DNA of 64,000 bases from Candidatus Marinacidobacterales bacterium (GCA_965237955.1 OZ250169.1:2432001-2496000), one strand, 5' to 3'. Numbered from the stretch's first letter, positions 42,671 to 52,421 are shown. Notes: generated by a model not told the origin, from the letters alone. Translations and numbers: made by a program.

Positions 42671-43091
42671 GAAAATCACCCGTCCCGCGGTGACGTCTCC
42701 CATGAACTCGATCTGCGCCAGCCCGAACGGGTACTCCTGGACCTCTCCGTTGGCGAGCTCGTAGCTCATCTTACCGACGGGCTCGATCCCCGCGTTGCGA
42801 AGCTCCGAGCCGGGAGCCATCGAGTCCGTCGCCCCGGTGTCGACGAGAAACAACGCCTCATAGCCTGCGTTCTCGCTGCCCGGAACCCTCAGAGTTACTG
42901 TGACCTGGATCAAACCCAACCTCGACCTCCAATCTACTGCCGCGCGTCAACGGCGTCAACGCGTGAGCTGCTTGAGCGGGTTTTTGCTAGATAGAGACGA
43001 GATTCGGGGCTTCATACCTCCTCGACAGACTGGGAAAAGAAGTAGCGATGCTGTTGTTCCCAAGCCCGAATCCGCCTAAGATTGCATCGCC

Positions 43092-44135
43092 GTGTCGCTG
43101 ACATCCAATCAGAAACTCGCCCACTACGAGATCGTCGCTCCCATCGGAGCGGGCGGAATGGGTAAGGTCTACCGCGCGCGTGATACGCTCGACCGCGAGG
43201 TCGCGATTAAGGTGTTGCCCGAAGCGTTCGCGAAGGACGACGAGCGCCTTCGGCGGTTCGAGCGGGAAGCGAGCTTCTCGCGTCGCTGAATCATCCGAAC
43301 ATCGCGAGCATCTACGGTCTCGAAGAATCGGAGGGGGTGAAAGCGCTCGTCCTCGAGCTGGTCGAAGGGCCGACGCTTGCGGAGCGGATCGAAGAAGGGC
43401 CGATTCCAGTCGACGAAACGATCGCGATCGCGCGGCAGATCGCGGAGGCGCTCGAAGCGGGCCACGACGCCGGCGTCATCCATCGAGACCTGAAGCCCGC
43501 GAACGTGAAGCTCAAGGAAGATGGCACGGTGAAAGTACTCGACTACGGACTCGCGAAAGCACTCGAAGGCGAGGCGCCTGGTGGAGAGGACTCCGAGCTT
43601 TCGCAGTCACCGACCCTCACGCGTCAGGGTACACAGGTCGTATCAGACAGGCGAAAACATTGACGTCTGGATACTGTCCATGGGAGGCGAGCCCGAGCGC
43701 TTCATCGCAACGGCGGCCAACGAGCGGCAGCCCAGTTTTTCCCCAAACGGACGCCACCTCGCCTACGTCTCGGACGAGTCGGGCCGAAACGAAGTTCACG
43801 TGCAGTCTTATCCCGACTTGCCTGACGAGTGGACTGTCTCCACCGACGGCGGCACGTTCCCGGTGTGGGCACGCGACGGACGTGAGCTCTTCTACCGGAG
43901 CCAGGGGCACCTCATGACGGTAGACGTCCGTACCGAGCCGAGCTTCAACGCCGGGACGCCGCGGGTGCTACTCGATGCGCCACAGCTCGCAGCCTATACG
44001 GAAGGATTCGACGTCTCGCCGGATGGCCAACGATTTCTTTTCGGCGAGGACGTAGCGTTGAGACAAAACAGCAGCCTCGTCGTCATCCTCAACTGGACCG
44101 AAGCGCTGAAGCGGCTCGTTCCCACGGATCGTTGA
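43092..44135 (+). pseudogene. Ser/Thr kinase-PD40/TolB-repeat gene with frameshift and large internal deletion
   Basis: [30 protein letters not shown] stops at TRQGT, then jumps to FSPNGRHLAYVSDESG...LNWTEALKRLVP. Confidence 0.85.
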
Positions 44136-44164
44136 GTCTGAAGGTCCCTAGTAGGAGGCATAAC

Positions 44165-44770
44165 GTGCGTTATCAATTCCTCATCGAGACCTACCAGACG
44201 GAGATTCAGAAGGTCTTGAGCATGTGGGCGATGTTCGAGGACGGCGACCTCGAGGTCCGCCCCCACGCTTCCGACTCGAGAGGGCGGAGTGTCCTCGAGC
44301 ACATGGTGCACCAGTCGATGAGCGAGAACCTCTGGTTCACGGCGATGCTCGGGATCGCCGTCACCGACAAGCCCGTCCCGAGCGAGGAGACGCGACTCGC
44401 ATTCATGAACACGTACGCCGAGAACGCGGCGAAGCGTCTCGCGGCGCTTCGGGAGAAACCCGAGGCGTGGTGGGAAGAGGAGGTCGATTTCTTCGAGGTG
44501 AAACGCTCGCGGGCCTGGGTCATGACGCGGCGCATCGCCCATACGTCCCATCACCGGGGGCAACAAGCTGCCATGGTGAGAATGCTCGGCCGCGACCTGC
44601 ACAGCAACTACGGTCCCACCGCGGATACCGGAGGGCTCATGCAGAACAATGCTCCGGTCATCTACGCCTACCCGGACGTTGCGACGCTCCTAGAGGAAGA
44701 AGCCGGCGCCAGGCGCAAAACGCCGTTACCGGGCCCCGGTGACAAGTCCCCGACGGAGCGTCCGCGCTAA
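44165..44770 (+). CDS. DinB-family protein
   Basis: SVLEHMVHQSMSE, RRIAHTSHHRGQ, YGPTADTGG; AGGAGG RBS. Confidence 0.88.
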   Translation: MRYQFLIETYQTEIQKVLSMWAMFEDGDLEVRPHASDSRGRSVLEHMVHQSMSENLWFTAMLGIAVTDKPVPSEETRLAFMNTYAENAAKRLAALREKPEAWWEEEVDFFEVKRSRAWVMTRRIAHTSHHRGQQAAMVRMLGRDLHSNYGPTADTGGLMQNNAPVIYAYPDVATLLEEEAGARRKTPLPGPGDKSPTERPR

Positions 44771-45258
44771 TCTTTATCGGACCACTGCCGGTCCTCACCG
44801 CGGCCGGAACGAGACTCCACTTCCGCGATCCACCCGCGGCGCAGCTCTTCCGCGGGGACGCTCGACAGATACGGCTTGATATCAAGAATCGGGCTCTCGT
44901 CGAGCATGTCGACGCCTCGTACGGTGAGGCGTCGGCCGTCGCGTGCCATGAGCCGCACCACGGTCAATCCGATGGGGTTTGGCCGGCGCGGTGAGCGCGT
45001 CGCGAAAACTCCGTGCGGTTTGTTGTCGGTAGGGGGACGGCCTATGAGCGCGAACTCCTTGTGGCGGTCGAAGACCCAAATCACGAACAGGTGCGAGAAG
45101 CCTTCGATATCGAGAAGCCCTTCCTCCATATCGGGGTTGAGCTCGAGCGTTCCCTCGCGAGTGTGCTTTGCCCCGATGCCCTTCGAGATTTCGGATGTCT
45201 CTTTGAACGGTGTGCGGGCGACGCCGATGGGGTTGAGCGTCCAAGTCGCGGAAGTCAT
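44767..45258 (-). CDS. tsaA: tRNA m6t6A37 methyltransferase TrmO/TsaA family
   Basis: GFSHLFVIWVF, GVFATRSPRRPNPIGLTVV, DMLDESPILDIKPY. Confidence 0.9.
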   Translation of the reverse strand: MTSATWTLNPIGVARTPFKETSEISKGIGAKHTREGTLELNPDMEEGLLDIEGFSHLFVIWVFDRHKEFALIGRPPTDNKPHGVFATRSPRRPNPIGLTVVRLMARDGRRLTVRGVDMLDESPILDIKPYLSSVPAEELRRGWIAEVESRSGRGEDRQWSDKD

Positions 45259-45260
45259 GG

Positions 45261-46517
45261 CTACCTCATTCGAATGTAGAGCGAGAACACCACGGCCGCC
45301 GTCATGAACCAGAGTCCGGCGAGACCCCAGAGACGGAGCAACCGTTTCGGCTTCATCGATTCGTCATCGATGAGTCGGGTTACACAATAGTAGTTGAGCC
45401 CGTAGAGGATCGGTGCCACCGCCAGGCTCACGAGGCCGATGAGCTGAATCATCCGTACAGGATTGGGAAAAATGTAGTTGGCTCCGATGGCGAACGCGAA
45501 GATCACCGCCATGAAGATCCAGTACGCGGGGTCGCTCGATCGTTTCAAGGTTTCGTTCGTTGGATAAAGAGTACGCAGCAGAGTGGAGAACGTCCGCGGG
45601 AAGCTGTCCATCACCGAGTACGCGGTCGAGAACATCGCGGCGAACGCGGCGAGCATGAAGACGGGGAACATCCAATCGCCCAAGACCTCGGTGTAGATCC
45701 GCGACAGGGTGAGGGCGACGTCGATACCGCTCGGCGTCAGGCCTCGCGGAGCGAGGAGATTCGCGCCTAGCGACACGAAAATCACAGCGAGAACGGCGGA
45801 GAGGAGGTATCCCACTTTCAAATCCAGCAAGCCCAAGCGCAGCATGTCGCGTTTGTCGGAAGCCGCCTTGCGCCAGTCGTCCATCTGCTCGAGTGCCCAT
45901 AGGGAATGCCAGATTGCGACGTTGATACCGGTAGGCATGAGCCCGAGAATCGCGGCGACGAGAACGAGAGAGCCCGTCGGGATGGACGGGGTAAACGCCT
46001 GCGCGACGTCGGATAGGCGCGGCGGCGCGGCGATAAACGCGATGACGCTGATGACGGCGAGCACCAGCATCGCGATCTTGCTGCCGACGGCGAGGGCAGG
46101 GTATTTCCCCATGCGGTGAAGCAGGACGATGGCGACACCGAGTAGCACGACCCACACCGTCATCGAGAATGTGCCCAAGCTCGCGACGAGGATGGCGGCC
46201 GTCACCGACAGCATGCCGGCGAGAAGCACCAGGCCCTGGAGGATCGTCGTCACCAGGAAAGCCCAAACGGCCCAGTTCTTCGGCCCGGGAACGTCCTGAT
46301 ATCCACGAATCAATGACGTACCCGTTGCGATCGCGAACCGGGGGCCGAACTCGAACGCCGGATACTTGAAGACGTGAGAGAACAGGACGAGCCACATGAG
46401 CTCGTAGCCGAAACGTGCGCCTGCGACCGGACTCAAGATTAGATGGCTCGTGCCGATGGCGGTCGCGGCCATGATGATGCCGGGGCCGAGGTTTCGGAGC
46501 GTTTGGATGAGTCGCAC
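45261..46517 (-). CDS. NRAMP-like (YcsG-type) transporter
   Basis: LGPGIIMAATAIGTSHL...GARFGYELMW; about 11 TM segments; FAAMFST. Confidence 0.8.
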   Translation of the reverse strand: MRLIQTLRNLGPGIIMAATAIGTSHLILSPVAGARFGYELMWLVLFSHVFKYPAFEFGPRFAIATGTSLIRGYQDVPGPKNWAVWAFLVTTILQGLVLLAGMLSVTAAILVASLGTFSMTVWVVLLGVAIVLLHRMGKYPALAVGSKIAMLVLAVISVIAFIAAPPRLSDVAQAFTPSIPTGSLVLVAAILGLMPTGINVAIWHSLWALEQMDDWRKAASDKRDMLRLGLLDLKVGYLLSAVLAVIFVSLGANLLAPRGLTPSGIDVALTLSRIYTEVLGDWMFPVFMLAAFAAMFSTAYSVMDSFPRTFSTLLRTLYPTNETLKRSSDPAYWIFMAVIFAFAIGANYIFPNPVRMIQLIGLVSLAVAPILYGLNYYCVTRLIDDESMKPKRLLRLWGLAGLWFMTAAVVFSLYIRMR

Positions 46518-46528
46518 GGCGTCAAACC

Positions 46529-47508
46529 TTAGGCGTTGTTCAAGATAGAAAGCGCCGTGCCGCTGAAGATGCGCTCTTTTTCGAACGCCGGGATGTGAAG
46601 CGCTTCGATCGACGATACCGAGCGCTCGATCGAACCGAGTAGGTGCGGGTAGTCGCTGCCCATGACCATGTGCTCGGTGCCGACGAGATCGCGGAGCATC
46701 CTGAGCGTGTAGGGACTGAAGGTGACGGTGTCGTAATATAGCTTTTTCAAGTACGTGCTCGGAAGCTCGTCGATGTTCTCCACTCGGCGAAATCGCGGTA
46801 GCCGTTGTCGGGCCGCTCCATCAGCCACGGAATCGCTCCTCCTGCGTGGCCGATGATCCAGCGGATGTCCGGGAGCTCACGGAACATCCCGTCGAAACAC
46901 ATGAGCGCGGTCGCGAGGGTGGTGTCCGAAGGAAAACCCACCAGGGGCCCGAGAACGTACTGGCGGAAAGGCTCCGGGTTCGCCGGCAGCATGGGATGCA
47001 AGAAGATGCACACCTTTCTTCGATTCGCCTCTTCGAAGAACGGCCGATACTCGGGAGACGTCAGTGGACGTCCCTGGATGTTACTAATAAGGATGACACC
47101 GTTGAGCTTCAGCTCGTCGAGCGAGCGCTCGAGCTCTTGGACCGCTTCGTCGGGAGCGTCCATGGGAATCGATGCGAACCCTTTGAAGCGTTTCGGGTGT
47201 TGGGCGACGAGCTCGGCGTAGGCGTCGTTCAACCTGCGCGCAACCGCCGGCTGATGTTCCGCGTCCGCGAAGAACACGTTCGGGGTCGATAGCGACAGGA
47301 CTTCTACGTCGATGCCGACGCGGTCCATGTCCTCGAGTCGCTTTTGGGGATCCGTCATCGGCGGGGTGATGCCGAAAAACCGCGCGCCTTTGAGCTTGAT
47401 GATGGTGCGCCCGGTCGGATCCTTGTCGAACGAGAAGTCCGAGGACAGCTCTCGGATCTTGTCGAAAAAAATCTAGGGGTAGTACTGGGTGTGCAGGTCG
47501 AACTTCAA
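46529..47508 (-). pseudogene. Amidohydrolase_2 (ACMSD-like), with an in-frame TAG at codon 12 and a frameshift near 46785
   Basis: MKFDLHTQYYP*IFF, RLEDMDRVGID, IFLHP, GHAGGAIP, YYDT, MGSDYPH. Confidence 0.82.
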
Positions 47509-47514
47509 TGGAGG

Positions 47515-48096
47515 TTACCTCGTTTGCCAGGGTAGTGTTGCTTTCTTGCCGAATTCCGATGCCCAAGCGTCGATACGCTCTTCGAAGGGCGTTTTCGAAG
47601 CTTCCGGGTCCTGGTTGCGAAACCGGAAGTGAAGTTCCTGCGCGCACACCGTCCACGATGTCAGCACTTTCGCATGCGCGCCCGATTCGGTGTGGACGTT
47701 CTTGCCGTGCACGAGAAGGCGCGTTTCCAACATCTTCGAGCCTTTTGCGGCGCGTACGCGATCGCCTGATTCCACGCGACGGAGAAGCGAGCGGTCCTCC
47801 CGGGACAAACCTTCCGTCTGCCATCGCTCTTTGGCGGTCACCACCGAAAAGAAATCACGCCACAGCGTCTTGGCGACGAACGTTTCCTTGCCGGAGATGA
47901 GTTTCACCAGGAGCGTGTCCTCCGCGTCGTCGAGTCGTTCCAGCACCGCGTAGATCGCGTGCGACGCAGGGTGCGACCACCACGATCCTTTCACCGGCTC
48001 GCGGGCAACAATCCCGGCGACACTCGGCAACACCGGGTCGGTGACGAGGAGCAGCCCGTGCCGGTCGAGCTCGCGTCGGACCCCTGCCACGCTCAA
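47515..48096 (-). CDS. Hypothetical protein (possible winged-helix)
   Basis: GLLL...PSVAGIVAREPVKGSWWSHP...KLISGKETFV...HTESGAHAK; genome-typical codon usage. Confidence 0.65.
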   Translation of the reverse strand: MSVAGVRRELDRHGLLLVTDPVLPSVAGIVAREPVKGSWWSHPASHAIYAVLERLDDAEDTLLVKLISGKETFVAKTLWRDFFSVVTAKERWQTEGLSREDRSLLRRVESGDRVRAAKGSKMLETRLLVHGKNVHTESGAHAKVLTSWTVCAQELHFRFRNQDPEASKTPFEERIDAWASEFGKKATLPWQTR

Positions 48097-48621
48097 GGCG
48101 GCATCCTATCCGCAACGGGATGGCACGTCTATTCGGTGCGCCACTACATTGGTACTGTCAGATTCATCACGAATGGATCTTTATTGGATCCACTTTCGTG
48201 GCTACATTGGCAGGGCATTAAGTCGGCGCTGAGCTTGGCAGCCAGAGGCCAGTCTTCGGACGTGATCCATTCCGTACCGTCGGCCGGCGCATGCGCCTCG
48301 CCGAGGTTGATGAGAGGCCCCGGGGGCATGGCGACCATTTCGCGGCAGGCGTCCACGCCCGAGCCGCGCTGGCTGCAAAGTGCGCGGCTGAGATAGGACG
48401 CGTGCTTGCCTTTCGCGATCCGACACTCGGCCCACCCGTCACCGCGTCGATCGGGTCGGCGCGGGCGGCGTTACTGGTATCGCAGGCGGTGTCTTCATGT
48501 GCAGCGGCATACCAATAGAGTCTTCATAATGGAAATCATGTCAACTGGGAGGTTTACTTGCGCGAAAGCTCATCGAGTCGAGCGCGTCGTGAGTTTTTTC
48601 GGACCTGGCGATGCGAGCCCT

Positions 48622-49557
48622 TCAGGAGCGTCGCTTCGTCCACTCGCGTTCGAACCGGCGTCGTTTGATGAACGACTTCTGGGTTCCGACGCCGGTGGTC
48701 GAGATCGCCGCGTAGAGGTTCGCGCGAGCAATCGCGTCGCGCTCGTCGTAGCCTTCGCCTAGAAACACGGCGAAGCTCCCGATGAAGGCATCGCCCGCGC
48801 CGGTCGAGTCGATGGCCTTCACTTTGAACGGCGGTACGAGGTCCATGCCGTCTCGATTGGCAAGAAGAGCTCCACGCTCGCCGAGCGTCAAGATCACGCG
48901 GCGCAATCCCTTCGACATCAGGTGCCCGGCGCATTTCCTCGCGTCGTCGACGGTCTTGACCTTCTTCCCGGTAATCGCCTCGGCTTCGGTCTCGTTGGGA
49001 ATGAAGTAGTCGACGCTCTGGATCTTGTCGAGGTCGACCTGCATCGTCGGAGCGGGGTTGAGGATGACGGGAATCTTGTAGCGCTTTGCGAGCTTGACCG
49101 TGTGATAAATCGTCTCGAGTGGGATCTCGAACTGCATGACGATCATGTCGGCTTTTTTCAGGAGCGACTTCGCCTTGTTCACCGCCTTCGACGTGAGCTT
49201 GTCGTTCGCCCCCTTGACGACGAGGATCCGGTTCTGTCCGTTGGCCTCGACGAATATCGGAGCGACTCCGCTCGAGACACCCCTAATGGACTTCACGTGC
49301 TTGGCGCCGATGCCGAGGCTCTTGAAGTTCTTGATCGTCGCCGGACCGAACAGATCGTCGCCCACACGCGCGACCATGTGAGCGTCCGCGCCGCAATAGG
49401 CGGCGGCGACCGCTTGGTTGGCGCCTTTGCCTCCAAAGCCGAGATCGAAACTCTTGCCGAAGAGGGTCTCGCCGGGTTTGGGGAACTTGCCGGTAAACGG
49501 CGTGAGGTCCACGTTGGCGCTTCCCACGACGACGATGCGCGCTTTCCTTTTTTTCAT
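48622..49557 (-). CDS. rbsK: Ribokinase
   Basis: VVVGSANVD, GGKGANQA, ILNPAP, PNETEA, DSTGAGDAFIG. Confidence 0.93.
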   Translation of the reverse strand: MKKRKARIVVVGSANVDLTPFTGKFPKPGETLFGKSFDLGFGGKGANQAVAAAYCGADAHMVARVGDDLFGPATIKNFKSLGIGAKHVKSIRGVSSGVAPIFVEANGQNRILVVKGANDKLTSKAVNKAKSLLKKADMIVMQFEIPLETIYHTVKLAKRYKIPVILNPAPTMQVDLDKIQSVDYFIPNETEAEAITGKKVKTVDDARKCAGHLMSKGLRRVILTLGERGALLANRDGMDLVPPFKVKAIDSTGAGDAFIGSFAVFLGEGYDERDAIARANLYAAISTTGVGTQKSFIKRRRFEREWTKRRS

Positions 49558-49562
49558 GAGGA

Positions 49563-49679
49563 TCACCTCCAGAATGCGTTGGCGATGACCGCGATGGCGC
49601 TCGCGTAGACCGATCCCCAGCAGATCATGCACAGGATCATGAGGAGAAGTGCGAGACCGTACGTTTCCGGCACGAACAC
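49563..49679 (-). pseudogene. 38-codon remnant of a GRP/DMT-type sugar transporter (first and last helices fused)
   Basis: Not in the ORF track. AAGGGG RBS, MFVPETYGLALLLMILCMICWGS-VYASAIAVIANAFWR*, 5 bp upstream of rbsK. Confidence 0.6.
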
Positions 49680-49753
49680 GCTGATTCCCCTTCTCGTGAG
49701 AACGGCCTAGAATGCGGGGGCGAAATGTAGCATACGCCGATACAGGATGCCGA

Positions 49754-50701
49754 ATGCCAACGAAACGCCCCATCATTATTGATTGCGACCCGGGCCAAGA
49801 CGACGCCGTCAACATTCTTGTCGCCCTCGCCGCACCCGAGGAGCTCGACCTCCTCGGGATCACAACCGTCGCGGGAAACGTTCCCCTCGAGAAAACCCAG
49901 CGGAACGCCCGGATCTTGTGTGAGCTTGCGGGTAAACCGGAGGTCAAAGTCTTCGCGGGCTATGCGAGTCCGCTCGAGCGCCCTCTCGTCACCGCCGAGT
50001 ACGTTCATGGGCGGGAAGGAATCGATGGCGCGGACATCTTCGAGCCGCAGATGTCGCTTCAAGAGCAACACGCGGTCGAGTTCATCGTCGAAACACTCAT
50101 GGCTTCCGAGGATGATTCCATCACCCTCGTGCCCACGGCGCCGCTCACGAACATCGCGGCGGCGCTTCTCCAACAGCCGAACATCGCTCCCAAGATTCAC
50201 GAGATCGTGCTGATGGGCGGTGCGTTCCGCGAAGGCGGAAACGTCACCCCGTCGGCCGAGTTCAACGTCTACGTCGACCCGCACGCCGCGAAGATCGTCT
50301 TCGGCTGCGGACGGCCGATCGTCGCTATGGGCCTCGACGTGACCCATCAAGTTCTCGGGACACCCGAGCGCGTGAAGGCGATTGGCGATCTCGGAACCAA
50401 AGTCGGTCGCAACGTGCAAGGCATGCTCGAGTTCTACAACCGCTACGACGAAGAGAAGTACGGCGTCGAGGGCGGACCGCTCCACGACCCGTGCACGGTC
50501 GCGTACTTGCTGAAGCCTGACCTCTTTCAAGGCAAGCGGGTGAACATCGAGGTGGAGACGGAGTCCGTACTCACGATGGGCGAAACCGTGGTCGACTTCT
50601 GGGGCGTCACCGGGCGCGAGCCGAACGCCGAATGGATCCATCGCGCGGATGCCGACGGGTTCTTCGACTTGCTGACAGAAAGACTGTCGCGGTTGGGTTA
50701 G
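49754..50701 (+). CDS. Inosine/uridine-preferring nucleoside hydrolase
   Basis: IIIDCDPGQDDA, VAGNV, VHG, PLTN, GNVTPSAEFNVYVDPHAA, LHDP. Confidence 0.94.
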   Translation: MPTKRPIIIDCDPGQDDAVNILVALAAPEELDLLGITTVAGNVPLEKTQRNARILCELAGKPEVKVFAGYASPLERPLVTAEYVHGREGIDGADIFEPQMSLQEQHAVEFIVETLMASEDDSITLVPTAPLTNIAAALLQQPNIAPKIHEIVLMGGAFREGGNVTPSAEFNVYVDPHAAKIVFGCGRPIVAMGLDVTHQVLGTPERVKAIGDLGTKVGRNVQGMLEFYNRYDEEKYGVEGGPLHDPCTVAYLLKPDLFQGKRVNIEVETESVLTMGETVVDFWGVTGREPNAEWIHRADADGFFDLLTERLSRLG

Positions 50702-50706
50702 GACGA

Positions 50707-50985
50707 ATGGAACCTAGTCCCCTGGAACAGAGGTTCGTAGCCTAAATCTCGGGCCCTTTTTGCGCGCTGGCTTCGTTGTTCCTCCTCGAAATATTCCAAT
50801 ATGACTTCGTCGTCACGCCTCGCCAGCCCACAAAATGGCGTCGAGCTTTAGTACGAACCTCTGTTCCAGGGGACTAGGTCGCTGGGCCTCCTGATTATGG
50901 GCGCCGGTCTTGCGCTGGCCGTCGTCGGCCTCGTCGTTTACTTGGGCGGGTTTTCGTGGTTCGGTCGGCTTCCCGGGGATATCAC
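50707..50985 (+). pseudogene. DUF2905-family membrane protein, MITE-disrupted and 3'-truncated
   Basis: Removing the MITE gives MEPRSLGLLIMGAGLALAVVGLVVYLGGFSWFGRLPGDI; the second half is absent. Confidence 0.7.
50714..50877. mobile_element. MITE (156 bp) with CTAG target duplication
   Basis: Perfect 28 bp inverted repeat 50712-50739 / 50852-50879 including CTAG; no ORF. Confidence 0.88.
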
Positions 50986-50996
50986 TAGGACAAGCT

Positions 50997-51569
50997 CTAG
51001 TACGAGCGGGATCTTCTCTTCTGCGTGGCCTTTGCTCGGCGAACAGTTTCCAGGAACTCTTTCAGCTTCTCAGGTTCTCGCTCGGCGTTGGACCATCGTT
51101 CAACCTCCTCCAGGTCCACGTCTTGATTCATGCAGACCGCCACGGCCTGATCGAGAGATTGCCGATCGTAACCGTGGTAGAACCCCGTCAAGCGATCCTT
51201 CACACATTGGGTCGGCGTGAGAATTTGAAGCTCTCCTACTGCGGTCGACAGGGTAGTCCACTCGTCGATCTCTTCCTCACCGATCACGATTGGCCAAGTC
51301 GAGGTGTTGACGTAGTGCGTGTGGTCGGGGTGCGAAAACCAGGCAGCCGACTCCTCTTTGAAGCCAAGCTTCGCCAAGTCTTTCGCTATTCGCTTTCGAT
51401 CGACCCGGGCCACGATAAAGTCAAGGTCTCGGGATTCCCATTGGTTGTCAGCGTAGATCGTGGCAACGCTGCCACCGCCCAACACAGCTACTATCCCGGC
51501 TGAATTGAGAGCTTCCGATACTATCGCTGCGAGCTCGGCAACGGTGAGTCCTCGGTGGATTCGACTCAC
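50997..51569 (-). CDS. Putative Pol-beta-fold nucleotidyltransferase (AbiEii/DUF6036-like)
   Basis: AVLGGGSVATIY...ESRDLDFIV (hGG...DhD), TPTQCVKDRL. Confidence 0.65.
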   Translation of the reverse strand: MSRIHRGLTVAELAAIVSEALNSAGIVAVLGGGSVATIYADNQWESRDLDFIVARVDRKRIAKDLAKLGFKEESAAWFSHPDHTHYVNTSTWPIVIGEEEIDEWTTLSTAVGELQILTPTQCVKDRLTGFYHGYDRQSLDQAVAVCMNQDVDLEEVERWSNAEREPEKLKEFLETVRRAKATQKRRSRSY

Positions 51570-51898
51570 AGCGGCTTGTTGGCCCGGCGTGGCCGACGCC
51601 TCTCTCGGTAGTAGCGAACGATCTCGTCCTGCGGAACGTATTTGAAAGAACTGGCGAGCAAAGCCCTCAGCGGGGCTACCGTTGGATTCCTAGAATTCCA
51701 CGTAAACACCCGAGCGTTTCCGACGGGGCGACTTGTGAGCACGTTTCCGTCTTCGAACTTCTTGAGCTGCTTTTGCACCATCGACTGAGGAATTTCGAAG
51801 GTCTTTGCGATAGCACTGGCGTAGCCCTCCCCGTAGTTCTCGAGGTACATCAGAACCTTGGCTGCAGTGCTGCCACCGAAAAGAGTCTCCAGTACCAT
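51566..51898 (-). CDS. Winged-helix DNA-binding protein, translationally coupled to the NTase
   Basis: LETLFGG...KVLMYL...YASAIAKTF...VQKQLKKFEDGNVL...RRRPRRANKPL; GTGA overlap. Confidence 0.8.
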   Translation of the reverse strand: MVLETLFGGSTAAKVLMYLENYGEGYASAIAKTFEIPQSMVQKQLKKFEDGNVLTSRPVGNARVFTWNSRNPTVAPLRALLASSFKYVPQDEIVRYYRERRRPRRANKPL

Positions 51899-51910
51899 TG
51901 AGGAGATTAT

Positions 51911-51970
51911 ATCACCTATTTTAGGTGTGAATCAACCTATTTTAAGTTTGAACAAGCCTACTTTAGATGG
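51911..51970. promoter_or_regulatory. Three 21 bp-phased operator-like repeats
   Basis: CCTA(T/C)TTTA at 51915, 51936 and 51957; the first lies within near-palindrome CACCTATTTTAGGTG. Confidence 0.6.
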
Positions 51971-52215
51971 TGTCTGCCTCTCCAATTTTCAAAAGAGATA
52001 CCCGCGAAGACGCAAACGGTGCGCCGGAAAGAAGCGAGGCTCCGACTGAGCTCGTGGGAACTCGCGTAGGGAACTACCGCGTCACCGAGAAACTCGCCCG
52101 CGGAGGCATGGGCGAGGTCAGTGCCTGTAAGCGTCTCGGCGAGCACGCACTCGAGCACGACAAGGCGGCACGCCGTTTCCTGCGCGAGGTGCGAGCCGCC
52201 ATGGAGCTTCTTTGA
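51967..52215 (+). pseudogene. Degenerate Ser/Thr kinase N-terminal remnant
   Basis: GTRVGNYRVTEKLARGGMGEV...RRFLREVRAA. Confidence 0.6.
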
Positions 52216-52421
52216 ACTCCACCTCGGGCCTCCAACCGGCGGACGAAGAGGTTCATCGCCAGGCCAACCGCCACGCTGTGTCGCCTACCCTTCGGACTCA
52301 TCTCGCGGATCACCCCCCAGATCGGCTCGACGCGCTCGGCAGGACCGAACACGCCAGCTTCGCCCATCCGGTGATACTCCTCCACCGTGAAGTTGCGCTG
52401 GCCCTCGATGACTTCCGTCAT
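52216..52421 (-). pseudogene. Uma2-family endonuclease N-terminal remnant
   Basis: FTVEEYHRMGEAGVF...ERVE..GVIREMSPKGRRH; PD...ExK half missing. Confidence 0.75.

Larger units (their letters stand above)
41104..42919 (-). pseudogene. Clan AA (retropepsin-like) aspartyl protease interrupted by IS256
   Basis: FLVDTGATDS...GRVIF| IS |GPEGREPLLGITALESVG; frame restored on IS removal. Confidence 0.88.

Noticed and set aside
48144-48540. Frameshifted fragment (YAAAHED...KGKHASY...INLGE)
   Set aside because: Looks like a remnant of a hypothetical gene, but no function or boundaries can be supported.
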